Virus record (IMG/VR): IMGVR_UViG_3300020580_000001
Location: 18,781 to 82,780 of that record
Reading direction: 5' to 3' (one strand)
Length of the DNA stretch: 64,000 nt
From: a virus
Shown here: piece after piece, positions 63,755 through 64,000 of the stretch
How positions within the stretch are numbered: the first letter of the stretch is position 1
How the letters are laid out: each line of letters opens with the position of its first letter
The notes under the pieces: model-generated
What the model saw: only the letters and a program-made list of their open reading frames with translations
What the model was told of the DNA's origin: nothing
Database searches by the model: none
Program-made: the position numbers and the translations under genes

Positions 63755-64000
63755 ATCGTTCACCAACCGGCATGTTTTCCTGATGTTGATATTTGCCGGA
63801 ATACGGTAGTTCAGTGGGCTCGTCGAGGAATTCGAATTTGATTTGACATAATGGAGAGTTTGGTTCTATAATCACCTTCCAATTGCCAAGATTAATTAAC
63901 TCGACGGTTAGCCATCCTTCCCAGCCTGGATCAAGATGAGTGTTCATCGCAGATATACCGCACCGCGCAAGGCTTGATTTATCAAGTACGGAACCACAGA
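63747..64000 (-). CDS. dcd: dCTP deaminase/dUTPase family, 5' end outside the window
   Basis: DKSSLAR.G....T.LDPGW.G.LT.EL.N, CQI.F, PY.GKYQ.Q. Confidence 0.85.
   Translation of the reverse strand, partial: CGSVLDKSSLARCGISAMNTHLDPGWEGWLTVELINLGNWKVIIEPNSPLCQIKFEFLDEPTELPYSGKYQHQENMPVGERYE

Noticed and set aside
1-64000. Prophage attachment sites or integrase
   Set aside because: No integrase, host housekeeping gene or att-like direct repeat seen; whether the phage is integrated cannot be decided from this window

Overview
Almost the whole window (~1.6-64 kb) is a tailed-phage or prophage genome segment, read mostly on the minus strand. It looks like a contractile-tailed myovirus of the DUF1073-portal / DUF2213 / DUF2184-capsid / DUF3383-sheath type, probably of an alphaproteobacterial host (inferred from protein families). 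From right to left it contains: dCTP deaminase, a replication initiator and a DUF6362-like regulator; a plus-strand early operon (55.7-59.1 kb); a fibre/glycanase block upstream of terminase; terminase, portal, head, neck, sheath and tube genes; two tandem tape-measure-like genes; baseplate; a large set of Ig-like/glycoside-hydrolase and signal-peptide proteins; and a lysis region. The left end has an IS1-family DDE transposase, a tRNA-Gln-like gene with a broken anticodon arm and the start of a RelE-like toxin. No integrase, CRISPR array or reverse transcriptase is visible. The most unusual part is the early operon. Its short genes are joined at a recurring TGACCC motif and interleaved with four tRNA-sized structured repeats (GAAGCG...YGCTTC-ACC), next to three paralogous Tudor/Agenet-like mini-proteins with constant scaffolds and unrelated loops. 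A separate, promoter-preceded tRNA-like RNA with a pseudoknot lies at 3134-3250. All family calls come from motif recognition by eye and all RNA folds were paired by hand; no searches were run.
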